Of a stretch of DNA of 64,000 nucleotides, positions 17,536-28,348 are shown one piece after another. The DNA lies in the NCBI GenBank assembly GCA_963674705.1, contig OY771506.1, forward strand, positions 1,568,001 to 1,632,000, written 5' to 3'. The DNA is from Phycisphaeraceae bacterium (GTDB taxonomy: Bacteria > Planctomycetota > Phycisphaerae > Phycisphaerales > Phycisphaeraceae). Each line of letters starts with the position of its first letter. Position 1 is the stretch's first letter. Below the pieces are notes generated by a model. The model was not told the origin of the DNA and ran no database searches. It was given only the letters and a program-made list of their open reading frames with translations. The position numbers and the translations under genes are program-made.

Positions 17536-19944
17536 GTGGGAAGTAACAGCACGGCCTTCGATGACTTGAGGGGGGACGACGTTGGTACGTGTGATGATTC
17601 GGTGCTCAGTTCACTGATCCGATTTGCCCTGGATAACGCAACGATCTCGATGTTCACGGTGGATCCGGATGGCCGGTTCGTGGAAGTCAACGACACCGCC
17701 TGTCGGAATCTTGAATACACGCGCGAACAACTGCTGCGACTGTCTGTGCCGGACGTCAGCCTGTCGGTCACCCGCGAAACCTGGCCACAGCGTTGGCAGA
17801 CTATCCGCGAAGCGGGCAAAGCTGTATTCCTGCAGGAGCACAAGACCAAGAGCGGGCGGCGCTATCCGGTAGAGGTGGCGGCATCTTTTTTTGAGTATCA
17901 GGGGCGTGAATTCATCTGTGCCTGTGTCAATGACCTGACGGAGCGTATGCGTGTCGAGGAGTCTTTGTGCGCCAGCGAGCGATATAACCGGGCCCTGTTT
18001 GAGCAGAGCCCGGTAGGTCAGTCGCTGTGTCGGCTGGATGGTGTTCTGGTCGATGTCAATCAAGCGTATGCAAAAATCCTCGGTCGTTCGGCGACCCAGC
18101 TTGTCGGTCAGCCGTTTTTGCAGTTCACGCCGCAAGCGTATCACAGGCAGGGGAAAGAATCCTTGGTGTTGGCGCAGACGGAAGGTGGTTTCCCGGCCTA
18201 TGAGAAGAAGTACGTCAGGCCGGACGGAACGTGCGTATCGGTGAGGATCTCGGGCATCCTCTTGAATCGTGACGGCCAACCACTGATCTGGTGTTGTGTG
18301 CAGGACATTACCGAAGAGATACACGCACGCAACATCCAGAAGGAATCGCAGGCGTTACTCGAACGCCGGGTTGAGGAACGGACGCGTGAACTGACACGTG
18401 TGAATAAGCAACTGGCCCGTGAGGTCGCCGAGCGCCGACAGACCGAGCAGGCCCTGGCCGATGCCAAATCCAGGCTGCTGTCCGTGTTGTCGTCGAATCC
18501 TATGCTGGTCTACAGCTATCGGGTCGATACCGATCCGAAGGTGATCACGTTTGTCAGTGAGAACAGTGAGACGGAAACCGGATACCCCGCACAGAGTTTC
18601 CTGGAAGACCCGGATTTTTGGATCAATCATGTTCATCCGGATGACCGTGAGTGGGCACTGTATCAAGCGGCGGAATTAGTCGAGGCCGGCAGCGGCAGTT
18701 TCGAATACCGTTTCCTGCATGGCGACGGGACATACCGTTGGATCCGGGATACGGTGAGGGTTTCCCATAATGAAGCCGGATACCCGGCCGAACTGGTCGG
18801 TTGCTGGAATGATGTGACGCAGCAGAAGAAGGCCGAGCAGTTATTGCGTCTGGTGCAATCAGCGATGATGGCTATTTCCGAAGCCGTCATGATCACGGAT
18901 ACACGTTTTGAGGACGGTGGACCGTACATCGAATACGTAAATCCGGCGTTTGTAACGTTGACAGGGTACACCGGGGATGAGGTGGTGGGCAAGCCATCTC
19001 GCTTGATGCGGGGGTACGGTGCGGATGAGGAGGCACTGAAAAGACTGCAAAACGCGATACGTGAAGGCAAAACTTACAACGGACAGGTCGTTAACTACCA
19101 TAGGGACCGTACTGAGTATGCCGTCAAGTGGCAGGCGAGCCCGATCCGTGATGGCAACGGTGTCATTACGCATTGGCTGGTGGTGCAGGAAGATATTACA
19201 CAACAACTTCAGGACCAGGACACCCTGCGTAAGCGTGAACTGGAACTCGAACATGTTATGCGTCTGAGCACGATGGGAGAGATGGCGTCGGGCATCGCAC
19301 ACGAGTTAAATCAGCCGTTGACCGCCATCCATAACTACGCCCGCGGTGCGCTGCGTCGGATGAATCATCGAGAAGACGCGGACGACAGTCTGTTCCGGGC
19401 GATGGAGCACATCAGCGTGCAGGCCGAGCGATCCGGGCAGATTATCCGCAGGATGCGGCAGTTCGTGTCGCGGCGCGAACCCAGACGTTCGAGCATCGAA
19501 GTCCGTGAGCTGATACGGGACGTGCTGGTATTGTTTGAATCTGATCTGCGTTCACACAGCACGAGGGTCGAGCAGCATATCAGCGATGATTTGCCGATCC
19601 TTTATGCGGACCATATTCAGATCGAGCAGGTGCTTTTGAACCTGCTGCGTAATGCGACCGCGGCGATGCAGGACAACAAACCCGATGAAAAGGTAATCGA
19701 CGTCTATGTCTCGGCCGATGCCAAACGTCAGATCACGTTAAGTATCTGTGACAGGGGCTGCGGCCTGACAGACGAGCAACTGCAGCAGATATTCGATCCT
19801 TTCTTCACGACCAAGCGAGATGGGATCGGTATGGGATTAACCATCAGCCAGACGATTATTGAGATGCATGGCGGCCGCTTGATCGCTGAGCCCCGACCCG
19901 GCGGCGGCATGTGTTTCAAAATGATTCTACATGCTAAAGGGTAA
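17536..19944 (+). CDS. Cytoplasmic multi-PAS sensor histidine kinase (FixL/TtrS-like)
   Basis: Four PAS/PAC units, H-box GEMASGIAHELNQPL, N-box QVLLNLLRNA, DRGCG, FDPFFTTK, GMGLTIS. Confidence 0.92.
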   Translation: MGSNSTAFDDLRGDDVGTCDDSVLSSLIRFALDNATISMFTVDPDGRFVEVNDTACRNLEYTREQLLRLSVPDVSLSVTRETWPQRWQTIREAGKAVFLQEHKTKSGRRYPVEVAASFFEYQGREFICACVNDLTERMRVEESLCASERYNRALFEQSPVGQSLCRLDGVLVDVNQAYAKILGRSATQLVGQPFLQFTPQAYHRQGKESLVLAQTEGGFPAYEKKYVRPDGTCVSVRISGILLNRDGQPLIWCCVQDITEEIHARNIQKESQALLERRVEERTRELTRVNKQLAREVAERRQTEQALADAKSRLLSVLSSNPMLVYSYRVDTDPKVITFVSENSETETGYPAQSFLEDPDFWINHVHPDDREWALYQAAELVEAGSGSFEYRFLHGDGTYRWIRDTVRVSHNEAGYPAELVGCWNDVTQQKKAEQLLRLVQSAMMAISEAVMITDTRFEDGGPYIEYVNPAFVTLTGYTGDEVVGKPSRLMRGYGADEEALKRLQNAIREGKTYNGQVVNYHRDRTEYAVKWQASPIRDGNGVITHWLVVQEDITQQLQDQDTLRKRELELEHVMRLSTMGEMASGIAHELNQPLTAIHNYARGALRRMNHREDADDSLFRAMEHISVQAERSGQIIRRMRQFVSRREPRRSSIEVRELIRDVLVLFESDLRSHSTRVEQHISDDLPILYADHIQIEQVLLNLLRNATAAMQDNKPDEKVIDVYVSADAKRQITLSICDRGCGLTDEQLQQIFDPFFTTKRDGIGMGLTISQTIIEMHGGRLIAEPRPGGGMCFKMILHAKG

Positions 19945-20116
19945 ACCCCTATACGCTGAAAAAACAAGAATTTAGATGTTAAACTTGACGCATATTGTCG
20001 GCGATACTTTGTATCATGTTGGCCACTTGGTGTAGCCGATGTTGAATCGGCTTGGGTAATTTTAATTGGGGGCTTGTGGTGATGAAGGGGCCGTTTGCAC
20101 TCAGGCTTACAAGCGA

Positions 20117-20761
20117 ATGGAAACACGTCCAACGATCTATCTTGTAGACGACGACCAGGCAGTGCGTGATTCGTTAAAGTGGTTGATTGAATCAGCGGGG
20201 TGGCTCGTTCAATCCTACGAATCGGCACAGCCGTTGCTCGATGAGCTCGAAGCCGCGCAGCAGTTGTTGTCTGGATGCATTATTGCTGATGTCCGCCTGC
20301 CGGGCATGAGCGGTATGGCGCTGCAACTGGAATTGGTGCGGCGGAAAATCAACCTGCCGTTCATTATCATTACCGGGCACGGTGATGTGGCGATGGCGGT
20401 GCGCGCGATCAAAGCCGGTGCGCTCGACTTTATTGAGAAGCCCTTCTCAGACAAGTTGCTGCTTGACCGCATCGAAGACGCGATGCGCATCGATGAAAGA
20501 CGCCGGATTGATGAGAAGCAGTATCAACACATCAAACAGTGCTATGAGACATTGACCGCCCGGGAGCAGCAGGTGATGGGAGAAGTCGTCAGCGGCAAGT
20601 CCAACAGGCAGATCGCCACTGATTTGAACGTCACACAGAAGACGATCGAGCAGCACCGCGCCCACGTCATGACCAAGATGAAAGCCGATAGCCTGGCCCA
20701 TCTGGTCCGCATGGCGGTGGCGATCGACGTGATCCCCGCCCCACTGCCCAATGATGTCTGA
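20117..20761 (+). CDS. FixJ/LuxR-type response regulator
   Basis: YLVDDD, IADVRLPGMSG, ITGHGD, FIEKP, HTH LTAREQQV...SNRQIA...KTIEQHRAHVMTKM. Confidence 0.93.
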   Translation: METRPTIYLVDDDQAVRDSLKWLIESAGWLVQSYESAQPLLDELEAAQQLLSGCIIADVRLPGMSGMALQLELVRRKINLPFIIITGHGDVAMAVRAIKAGALDFIEKPFSDKLLLDRIEDAMRIDERRRIDEKQYQHIKQCYETLTAREQQVMGEVVSGKSNRQIATDLNVTQKTIEQHRAHVMTKMKADSLAHLVRMAVAIDVIPAPLPNDV

Positions 20762-20777
20762 TCATTACCGCCGGGCG

Positions 20778-22163
20778 TCAGTCGCGTTTGGGAGATTCTG
20801 TCCAGACTTGGTAGGACCAAGGCTGCAATTTTAGCTTCCCATTGGTTGACTTAGGCGCGTTCTTTGTAAAGACTGGTTGCATCCCATACACCCCTGCGGG
20901 TAATGAAGCAATCTGAGGATCATTACTCAGGTTCAACACCACCACAACACGATTGCCCTTAACCATACGCTGATAGGCAAGCACGCTGTCAGTGGTGCAA
21001 TAATCGATCACTTCAAGGCGGCCGCCGCTGTTGCCGTGCCACAACGCCGGATTCTTACGTTTCAGCTCTGACAATGTCCTGTATAGTTCTGCCATCGAGT
21101 CTTCGCGCCAGTTGATCGGTTCCCGCTCGAAGAATTCAAGGCGGTTGTCCAGCCGGGCCTCCTGGCCGTTGTATATCAAAGGCATCCCCTCGATCGTGAA
21201 CGTCAATACGGTGAACGTTTCCAACCCTTCGCCCAACCGCTCCACTGCCGTACCTTCCCATGAGTTGATGTCATGGTTGGTCGTGAAGTTCAGGCGGAAC
21301 CCATTGCCTGGCACAATCCTCGCTTCGGCGTTCAGGTAGTTCACCAGGTCGGTTACCGACTTTGTGCCGGCCTTAATCTCGTTCATGTTCGGTGTCAGGC
21401 TCCATGCGTATGCGGCGTCGAACGCGTATTCAATCAATTCCGGCTTCGCACCTTCACCCAGCATGAATACAGGCTTGATCTGCCACAGCGCATCACGTGC
21501 ACCAACCCAGAAGTCCAGCGGCACCCACTCGGCTGTGTCGCAGCGGAATCCATCAATATCTACCTCTCGCACCCAGAACGCCATCGCATCGATCATCGCT
21601 TCGCGCAAACCTTGTTCATCAAAGTTCAGGTCGACCACATCCTTCCATAACTCGATCGGCGGTACGAGTCCGCCATTTTCATCGCGCGTGAACCAGTCCG
21701 GATGCTGTTTGATCCACGGATGATCGTGCGATGTATGGTTGGCGACCCAGTCGATGATGACATACATGCCCAGGTCGTGCGCTTCTTGAACAGTTTGTTT
21801 GAACTCATCAAGCGTGCCGAACTCAGGATTGAAGGCCTTGTAATCCTTCACCGCATACGGACTGCCAAGTGTGCCGGACCGGCCTTCGACGCCGATCGGG
21901 TGGATGGGCATGAACCATAGAACCCCCACGCCCAGCTCTTTGAGCCTTGGTAATTCCTTACGAAACGCATCAAGTGTCCCGGGTTGAGAAAACTGGCGTA
22001 GATTGACCTCGTATACCACCAGGTTCTCAACCCACTTCGGCGGATCGGGATAGGGGTGTTCCCGTGCAAGTGTCTGTGTCGTGCCGCAACCAACTACGCA
22101 GCACGCCAATACCCACAGGCACACAACTCGCAGCCAATCCTGGAATCGTTCAATTCTACTCAC
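20778..22163 (-). CDS. GH13 alpha-amylase family lipoprotein
   Basis: Lipobox-like VVGC, DWVANH, GFRCDTA (nucleophile), LGEG (acid/base), TTNHD. Confidence 0.9.
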   Translation of the reverse strand: MSRIERFQDWLRVVCLWVLACCVVGCGTTQTLAREHPYPDPPKWVENLVVYEVNLRQFSQPGTLDAFRKELPRLKELGVGVLWFMPIHPIGVEGRSGTLGSPYAVKDYKAFNPEFGTLDEFKQTVQEAHDLGMYVIIDWVANHTSHDHPWIKQHPDWFTRDENGGLVPPIELWKDVVDLNFDEQGLREAMIDAMAFWVREVDIDGFRCDTAEWVPLDFWVGARDALWQIKPVFMLGEGAKPELIEYAFDAAYAWSLTPNMNEIKAGTKSVTDLVNYLNAEARIVPGNGFRLNFTTNHDINSWEGTAVERLGEGLETFTVLTFTIEGMPLIYNGQEARLDNRLEFFEREPINWREDSMAELYRTLSELKRKNPALWHGNSGGRLEVIDYCTTDSVLAYQRMVKGNRVVVVLNLSNDPQIASLPAGVYGMQPVFTKNAPKSTNGKLKLQPWSYQVWTESPKRD

Positions 22164-22237
22164 GGAAAATACCCTTGTTCTTCAGGTTTACGTTGCGATA
22201 TAGGTGAGGCGCCGGCTAAGGCTTTGCATACAACGCA

Positions 22238-23296
22238 TCAGACATCGATAAGCTCGGCCGACTCGCCGCGGAAGAAGTTGCTCCGCTTCGGTTCCAGCAG
22301 CATCGGCGCATCCCACGCCTCGTCACGCAGGAACCAACCGAAGCATTGCTCGAGGATCGAACTGACATCCGGGATATCCAGGCCCGCGATGCCCGGCGTC
22401 ATAAAGCGTGCCGGTGATTCGATATTCACCGCACAAATCGAGATATCCCGCCCGACCGCCAGACCCTCTTCCCAACAGGCCCGCATCGCGCCAAGCGCCG
22501 CGGGGAACGTCGTGCCGACCACCGCTGAGCCGCTCAGGTCCTGATCTTTAAGTTTCTCAAGCATGACCCGGTGGGCGTAAGGTGTCGGGTCCTCGAACGA
22601 GCGGGCCGGGTTTTCCCAGAGTTCGCCTTGGAGGCCTTCGCGTTTGATCCACTCCCGCCAGAGCCCGACACGTCGTTCGACTTCTGCGTTTTTCGTATGC
22701 GTCGAAATACAATGGATCTTCTTGTGCCCGTTTTTTTTCAGATGGCGGAAGACCTGGCGCACGTGTGTGTCGGGGAACAGGCGGATCGATTTGATCCCGT
22801 GCCGGCTCAGGTCGATGTCCAGCGAAACACACTTGCCATCACGCATCGCGCTGAGGACGCGCTCGGGTACATCACTTGAACTGGGGATCACGATCGCGCC
22901 ACCGCGATGACAGACCGCATCCATCACAACCGGGTCGTCCCAGTGCACATATTGCACCGGGCGCAGGTCCAGGTTGTGTTCGCGGGTGGCAACCGCCATG
23001 GTTTGGCGCAACTGTGTGAGGAAGGGCGAGGGATAGGCCGGGTAGAGCATCACGACCTGTGCGACTTGTTCTGTGGCTTGGTAATGCGGATTAACCTGTA
23101 GTGTTCCGCCCGTGCCGCGCTTCAGCACCCTTTTACCGATCAGCGCCTGCACCGCTTTGCGTGCGGTCATGTGGCTGACGCCGGTCTCCGCAGCGATCGT
23201 GCGTTCGCCGGGGAAAACCTCGAGCAGGTAATCACCCTGGCGTATCCGCCTTTCGATCACAGCCATGACCTCGGTGTATTTCGCTGAACGGGCCAC
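22238..23296 (-). CDS. GntR-HTH / LacI-type sensor chimeric regulator (AraR-like)
   Basis: GntR wHTH KYTEV...PGERTIAAETGVSHMTARKAV; C-terminal GHKKIHC, VGRDISICAV and PGIAGLD as in LacI ligand domains. Confidence 0.85.
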   Translation of the reverse strand: MARSAKYTEVMAVIERRIRQGDYLLEVFPGERTIAAETGVSHMTARKAVQALIGKRVLKRGTGGTLQVNPHYQATEQVAQVVMLYPAYPSPFLTQLRQTMAVATREHNLDLRPVQYVHWDDPVVMDAVCHRGGAIVIPSSSDVPERVLSAMRDGKCVSLDIDLSRHGIKSIRLFPDTHVRQVFRHLKKNGHKKIHCISTHTKNAEVERRVGLWREWIKREGLQGELWENPARSFEDPTPYAHRVMLEKLKDQDLSGSAVVGTTFPAALGAMRACWEEGLAVGRDISICAVNIESPARFMTPGIAGLDIPDVSSILEQCFGWFLRDEAWDAPMLLEPKRSNFFRGESAELIDV

Positions 23297-23439
23297 TATC
23301 GAACCTTCCTGTGGTTTGCATCCTTATTTATATAGAGCACGCCTCTATGACCCCATCAAAATACCAGCCGGGGCGGATGTCTGTCTGCTAGGGCGGCACT
23401 TTTTTACTGACTTCGGCCGCCAAGTGGTTAACAAAGGGG

Positions 23440-23482
23440 TTGACTTTAACCCTCACGCTGATATTATAACACTAGTGTTATA
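23440..23482 (+). promoter_or_regulatory. Sigma70 promoter overlapped by a perfect 18-bp palindromic operator
   Basis: TTGACT (23440-23445), TG-n-TATTAT (23459-23467), palindrome TATAACACTAGTGTTATA (23465-23482). Confidence 0.7.
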
Positions 23483-23549
23483 CTTTTCAAGCCCGCCGTC
23501 TTAGCAGGCACTCGGATAAATCTGATCCGTCGCACTTGGAGTCTTCGTT

Positions 23550-24491
23550 ATGACGACAACTGGCCGAAAAGCCGAACCGGGGTTCACGCTGATCGAATTG
23601 CTGGTGGTGATCTCGATAATCGCGCTTCTGGTCGGGATCCTGCTGCCTGCTTTGGGTGCGGCACGCAAGTCCGCCCAGCGGATGAAGTGCCTGGCGAACC
23701 TGAGGTCGATGGGCCAAGGCGCCCAGTCCTTCGCAACCGACCACCAGTATTACATCCCGATCAGCAGCAGCGACCTGGCGTGGGTGAATAACGGCACAGG
23801 TTTTCCTTCCGAACTGCGTGGAAAAATCGCGTCGTATAACGACCCAGCCTACCCGCGTATGAAAGACTGGGCCAGCGCGCTGGTGCCTTACCTCGGCGAC
23901 TCTTCGCAGGACGTCCCTTTCGACACCGCCGAGCCTAAAGTAGTGTCGATGTTCCGCTGCCCGAGTGATCCATATGAAGAAGGCCACGAGGTTGTCAGCA
24001 ACATCAGCGGGTCTCAACAGGGGATCCCGCTACCGATCTCGTTCAGTGTAAATGCGGATGTGACCACCTACGACGACACGCCCGGCGATGGCAGGGCTTG
24101 GTGGATGCCTAACGGCGGCGGGATGAACGTTCAGGAAATCCAGGTCTACAACGGCGATGCGTCTCCGGGGAGTCTCGACCGCATCCGGTCTATCTCAAAA
24201 ACCATGCTCTATGCCGATGGGGGCACGCGCTGCTATCCCAGCAGCTCGCCTATCCGCCGCGGCATCGTTTTGATGTACACCGCGGATAAGCGATTACCCA
24301 ATAAGGACAATCCCGGCACACTCGATGCGATCTACCAGTCCAACATCTTCCGGGAGAAGTTGCCACTGGCTGAGATCAATGCGGAGGATGACCGGCACAG
24401 TAACGCGCTGAACGTCGCGTTCGCGGACGGGCATGGTTCGTCGCATCAACCCGGAGAATTTCAGGAGGTTTATCTTTCGCCGAACAAGTAG
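23550..24491 (+). CDS. Prepilin-type N-terminal cleavage/methylation protein, DUF1559-like (alpha-glucan locus)
   Basis: [29 protein letters not shown]...CLANLR, FRCPSD, C-terminal RHSNALNVAFADGH (H-X9-DG). Confidence 0.93.
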   Translation: MTTTGRKAEPGFTLIELLVVISIIALLVGILLPALGAARKSAQRMKCLANLRSMGQGAQSFATDHQYYIPISSSDLAWVNNGTGFPSELRGKIASYNDPAYPRMKDWASALVPYLGDSSQDVPFDTAEPKVVSMFRCPSDPYEEGHEVVSNISGSQQGIPLPISFSVNADVTTYDDTPGDGRAWWMPNGGGMNVQEIQVYNGDASPGSLDRIRSISKTMLYADGGTRCYPSSSPIRRGIVLMYTADKRLPNKDNPGTLDAIYQSNIFREKLPLAEINAEDDRHSNALNVAFADGHGSSHQPGEFQEVYLSPNK

Positions 24492-24604
24492 TCGGCGTGT
24501 TATTCACAAGGCCGATCCGGCTGTGAACGATAACGGATCGGTTCGGCTGGTGCATCGCGAGCGTTGAATTCAATATTGTCTTACACACTTAGGAGGTTCT
24601 TGAT

Positions 24605-26185
24605 ATGAAGTTTTACAAAGCCGGCTTAACGGCCATCGCATTGTTGGCATTAGCAACACCGACCTACGGCACGTTCGTCATCGCGGGTGAAGTGCAGGAC
24701 GAACAAGGCGACCTCGCCGACTGGGACCCGACCGGTAGTTCGCTTCTGATGAGCGACCTGGGCGGCGGTATCTATACAATCTCGGTCCCCAACCTGCTCG
24801 ACGGCACGCGCTACGACTTCAAGGTCGTAGATGATGAAGGCACGCCCCCGGCCGTGTGGGGCGATCCGGAAATCACCCCCAACCAACTCACCCTCATCGG
24901 TGACGCGGACGGCACGGTCCAGATCACCGTGGACACCAACGTCACCAACGCCATCGGCAGCTTCGCCACGTGGATCAACTTCGACAACGCGCCGCTGCAT
25001 GTGGTCGGTGACTTCATGGATGAAGCCGGCGGCTTCGCCGACTGGGACCCGGCCGACCCGGCATTCGCCATGACCGATCAGGGCAGCGGTTACTACACGT
25101 TTGATGCTGTGATCAGCACGCCCGGTGTGTACAACTTCAAGGTTACCTTCGGCGACGGCTGGGACGATCAGATCGGTGTCGGCGGATTCAACAACAACGC
25201 CGCGACCTATCAGTTCATCACCTCGGCTGTCGACGAACCTGTCACGATGTTCGTCGACCTGTCGAACCGGCAAATCGGTGCGACAGCCGCGGTGTATCAG
25301 ATCGGCACACTCACGGTTGCAGGTGACTTCCAGACCGAACAGGGCGACCCCGCCGACTGGGATGTTGAGAACAGCTCTATTGTCATGAGTGAATCCGGCG
25401 GCGTGTATACCGTCACCGTCAGCAACCTCAGTGACGGTGTCGCGTATGACTTCACGATCTTCAATGACGCGGGCTCCCCGCCGGTATCTTCGAGTGATCC
25501 GAAGATCACACCCGTTGATATTACGATGTACGGCGATGCGTCCGGCGATGCCACCATCACGGTTGATACCAACGTTACGAACCTCCAGAACAACCCATCC
25601 GTGTGGGTGGACTTTGACACCGCCCCGCTGCAGGTGGTTGGTGACTTCATGGATGAAGCCGGCGGTTTAGCCGACTGGGACCCGGCCGACCCGGCCTTCG
25701 CCATGACCGCTGAAGGTGATGGCTACTACACCTTCGATGCCGTTATCAGTACACCCGGCACCTACGTGTTCAAGACCAGCTTCGGCGCGGGTTGGTCCGA
25801 CCAGGTCGGCACCGACGGCTTCAGCGATAACGCTCAAGTATTCGTCTTCGAAACGACCATAGCCGACGAAGCGATCACCATGTTCGTCGACTTGGCGAAC
25901 CGTCAACTTGGTCTCGTTTCCGCGAGCATCCCCGGCGATCTGAACGGTGACGGCTTCGTCGGTCTGGATGACTTGGATATTATCCTCAGCGCATGGAATC
26001 AGAACGTACCCCCGGCCGACAGCGCGGCCGATCCCTCCGGTGATGGTTTTGTCGGCCTGGATGACCTGGACATCGTGCTCAATCACTGGAACGAAGGCAC
26101 GCCCCCCAGTGCAGTCGTGCCCGAGCCGGCAACCGTGGCGCTTCTGGGAATGGGTTTGTTCGCGACGATGAAGCGTCGAGGCTGA
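24605..26185 (+). CDS. Non-catalytic PEP-CTERM/dockerin protein with four X25-like (putative alpha-glucan-binding) domains
   Basis: Four xxG(E/D)x(Q/M)xExG..ADWD repeats resembling pullulanase X25; dockerin-like tail; VPEPATVALL...KRRG. Confidence 0.82.
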   Translation: MKFYKAGLTAIALLALATPTYGTFVIAGEVQDEQGDLADWDPTGSSLLMSDLGGGIYTISVPNLLDGTRYDFKVVDDEGTPPAVWGDPEITPNQLTLIGDADGTVQITVDTNVTNAIGSFATWINFDNAPLHVVGDFMDEAGGFADWDPADPAFAMTDQGSGYYTFDAVISTPGVYNFKVTFGDGWDDQIGVGGFNNNAATYQFITSAVDEPVTMFVDLSNRQIGATAAVYQIGTLTVAGDFQTEQGDPADWDVENSSIVMSESGGVYTVTVSNLSDGVAYDFTIFNDAGSPPVSSSDPKITPVDITMYGDASGDATITVDTNVTNLQNNPSVWVDFDTAPLQVVGDFMDEAGGLADWDPADPAFAMTAEGDGYYTFDAVISTPGTYVFKTSFGAGWSDQVGTDGFSDNAQVFVFETTIADEAITMFVDLANRQLGLVSASIPGDLNGDGFVGLDDLDIILSAWNQNVPPADSAADPSGDGFVGLDDLDIVLNHWNEGTPPSAVVPEPATVALLGMGLFATMKRRG

Positions 26186-28348
26186 AAAAAACATGGCCGA
26201 TTTGGCTGTGTAAGTTGTAAAATACACCGAGCAGGAGAAACCCTTTACCGTAGATGCGTGTGCGGCTTTCGGTTTCCTCCTACTCGGTCGTTTCGTAATG
26301 TTTAAAAAGAAGTTGAGTAGTACATGACCGCGTTCAGCACCCTCATCAATGTTTTTGTACATAAACGGTTCTCACGCCGTGAGGGATACCTCCGGACCCT
26401 CATGGCGGCGGGGAGCCAACGTTTGGGTTCAACACTAGGCGCATTGTTGGTGTGTGCGCTGAGTTTGGTATGTGCAAATCCGGCGCCGGCTGTTCCCGCG
26501 GTCGAAGACATCGTGATGTACGAGGTCAACCTTCGTGCTTTCAGTGATGCGGGTAATCTGGCGGGTGTCACCGCACGACTCGACGATATCCAATCGCTCG
26601 GTGCCAATGTCATCTGGCTAATGCCCATCCATCCGATCGGACAGATCAACAGTGCCGGCGGATTGGGTTCCCCTTACTCTGTAGCAAACTACACGCAGGT
26701 CAGTAGCGAGTACGGCACGCTTTCCGACCTGACCACACTCGTCGACCAGGCCCATCAGCGCGGCATGTATGTTGTCATGGATTGGGTCGCCAACCACACC
26801 GCGTGGGACAATCCCTGGATCGCCAACACCGATTGGTACACACAAAACGCGCAGGGTGAAATCATTTCTCCTGCGGGCACGGGCTGGAATGATGTAGCAG
26901 ATCTGAACTACGACAATACCGACATGCGCGCCGCGATGGTCAGCGCGATGCAGTACTGGGTTACCGAGGTCGGTATCGATGGCTACCGCGCCGATGCGGC
27001 CGACTTCGTGCCCTACGACTTCTGGCAGGACGCGATCGCTTCCGTGCGTGTCAGCACGACGCGCGACCTGCTCATGCTTGCTGAAGGTGCACGAAGTGAC
27101 CACTACGCTGCGGGTTTCGACATGACCTACGGCTGGGACTTCTACGGCACGGTACAGAACGTGTTCAATTCGTCTGCATCAGCAACGGCGCTCTATCAAA
27201 GGTACGTCAATGAGTTTTCATCCGTACCGACGGGCTCGGGTATCCTGCAATTTACCACCAATCATGATGAGAGCGCGTGGGACGCAACACCCGTCGAACT
27301 GTTCGGCAGTCTCGAAGCCTCGCTCGCCGCGTACGCTGTCACCGTTGCTTACGGCGGCACACCGCTTGTCTATAACGGCCAGGAAATCGGCTGGGAAGAT
27401 AACATCCCCTTCTTCACCAAGGCTCCGCTCGACTGGGACACCGGCCAGACAACCGAGCAGTGGTACACGCAATTACTGAACGCCCGCGCCGATCATGCCG
27501 CACTTCGGCAAGGAGACATCAGCGATCAGAGCACCAGCAATGTCGCATTTCTTGTGCGCGAATATGAGGGCGACCAGGTGCTTGTCATGGTTAATACTCG
27601 TAATTCATCGCAACAGGTGCAGGTCCCCGTTTCGCTTCAAGGCAGTTGGAGCGATCTACTTGCCAATCAGGCGGCGACGTTAAGCGCTACACGCACACTC
27701 GCACCATATGAAGTGGTTATCCTCGGCAAGACCGTCGTGCCCGCGTTTGTTGTTGCGGGTGAATTACAGACAGAGCAAGGCGATCCTGCCGACTGGGACC
27801 CGGTTAATAGCTCGCTGATCATGGTCGAAGCCGGCGGTATTCACAGCGTTACGGTGAACAACCTTGTCAATGGCGTCGCCTACGACTTCAAGGTAGTCAA
27901 CGATCAAGGCTCGCCCCCCGCCGAGTGGGGTGACCCGGAGATTACGCCGAACCAACTCACCGTCATAGGAGATGCCGACGGCTCAATTACGATCACCGTC
28001 GACACGAATAGCATCAACAACATTGGTGAGTATGCAACGTGGATCAACTTTGATAACGCCCCCTTGCAAGTTGTCGGCGACTTCATGATAGAAGCCGGCG
28101 GCGCAGCCGATTGGGACCCTTACGATGATGCTTTCAACATGACCGATCAGGGCGATGGTTACTACACTTTCGACGCTGTCATCAGCACGCCCGGCATCTA
28201 TCAGTTCAAAGCCACTTTCGGCAACGGCTGGGACGACCAGGTTGGTATCGATGGCTTCAACAATGACGCGATCACCAAAGGCTTCGAGATCACCGAGGCG
28301 GATCAAAGCATCACGCTTTATGTTGATCTTGCCAGCCGTGAACTTGGT
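24674..28348 (+). repeat. Three copies of an about 200-codon two-domain unit (24674-25279, 25310-25912, 27746-28348)
   Basis: Clear protein and DNA similarity, e.g. PL(H/Q)VVGDFM(D/I)EAGGxADWDP and YYTFDAVISTPG in all three. Confidence 0.9.

Noticed and set aside
24674..28348. Long direct repeats as a CRISPR array or DGR template/variable repeats
   Set aside because: All copies are in-frame protein domains with mixed substitutions rather than adenine-specific ones; no reverse transcriptase, cas genes or repeat-spacer pattern.
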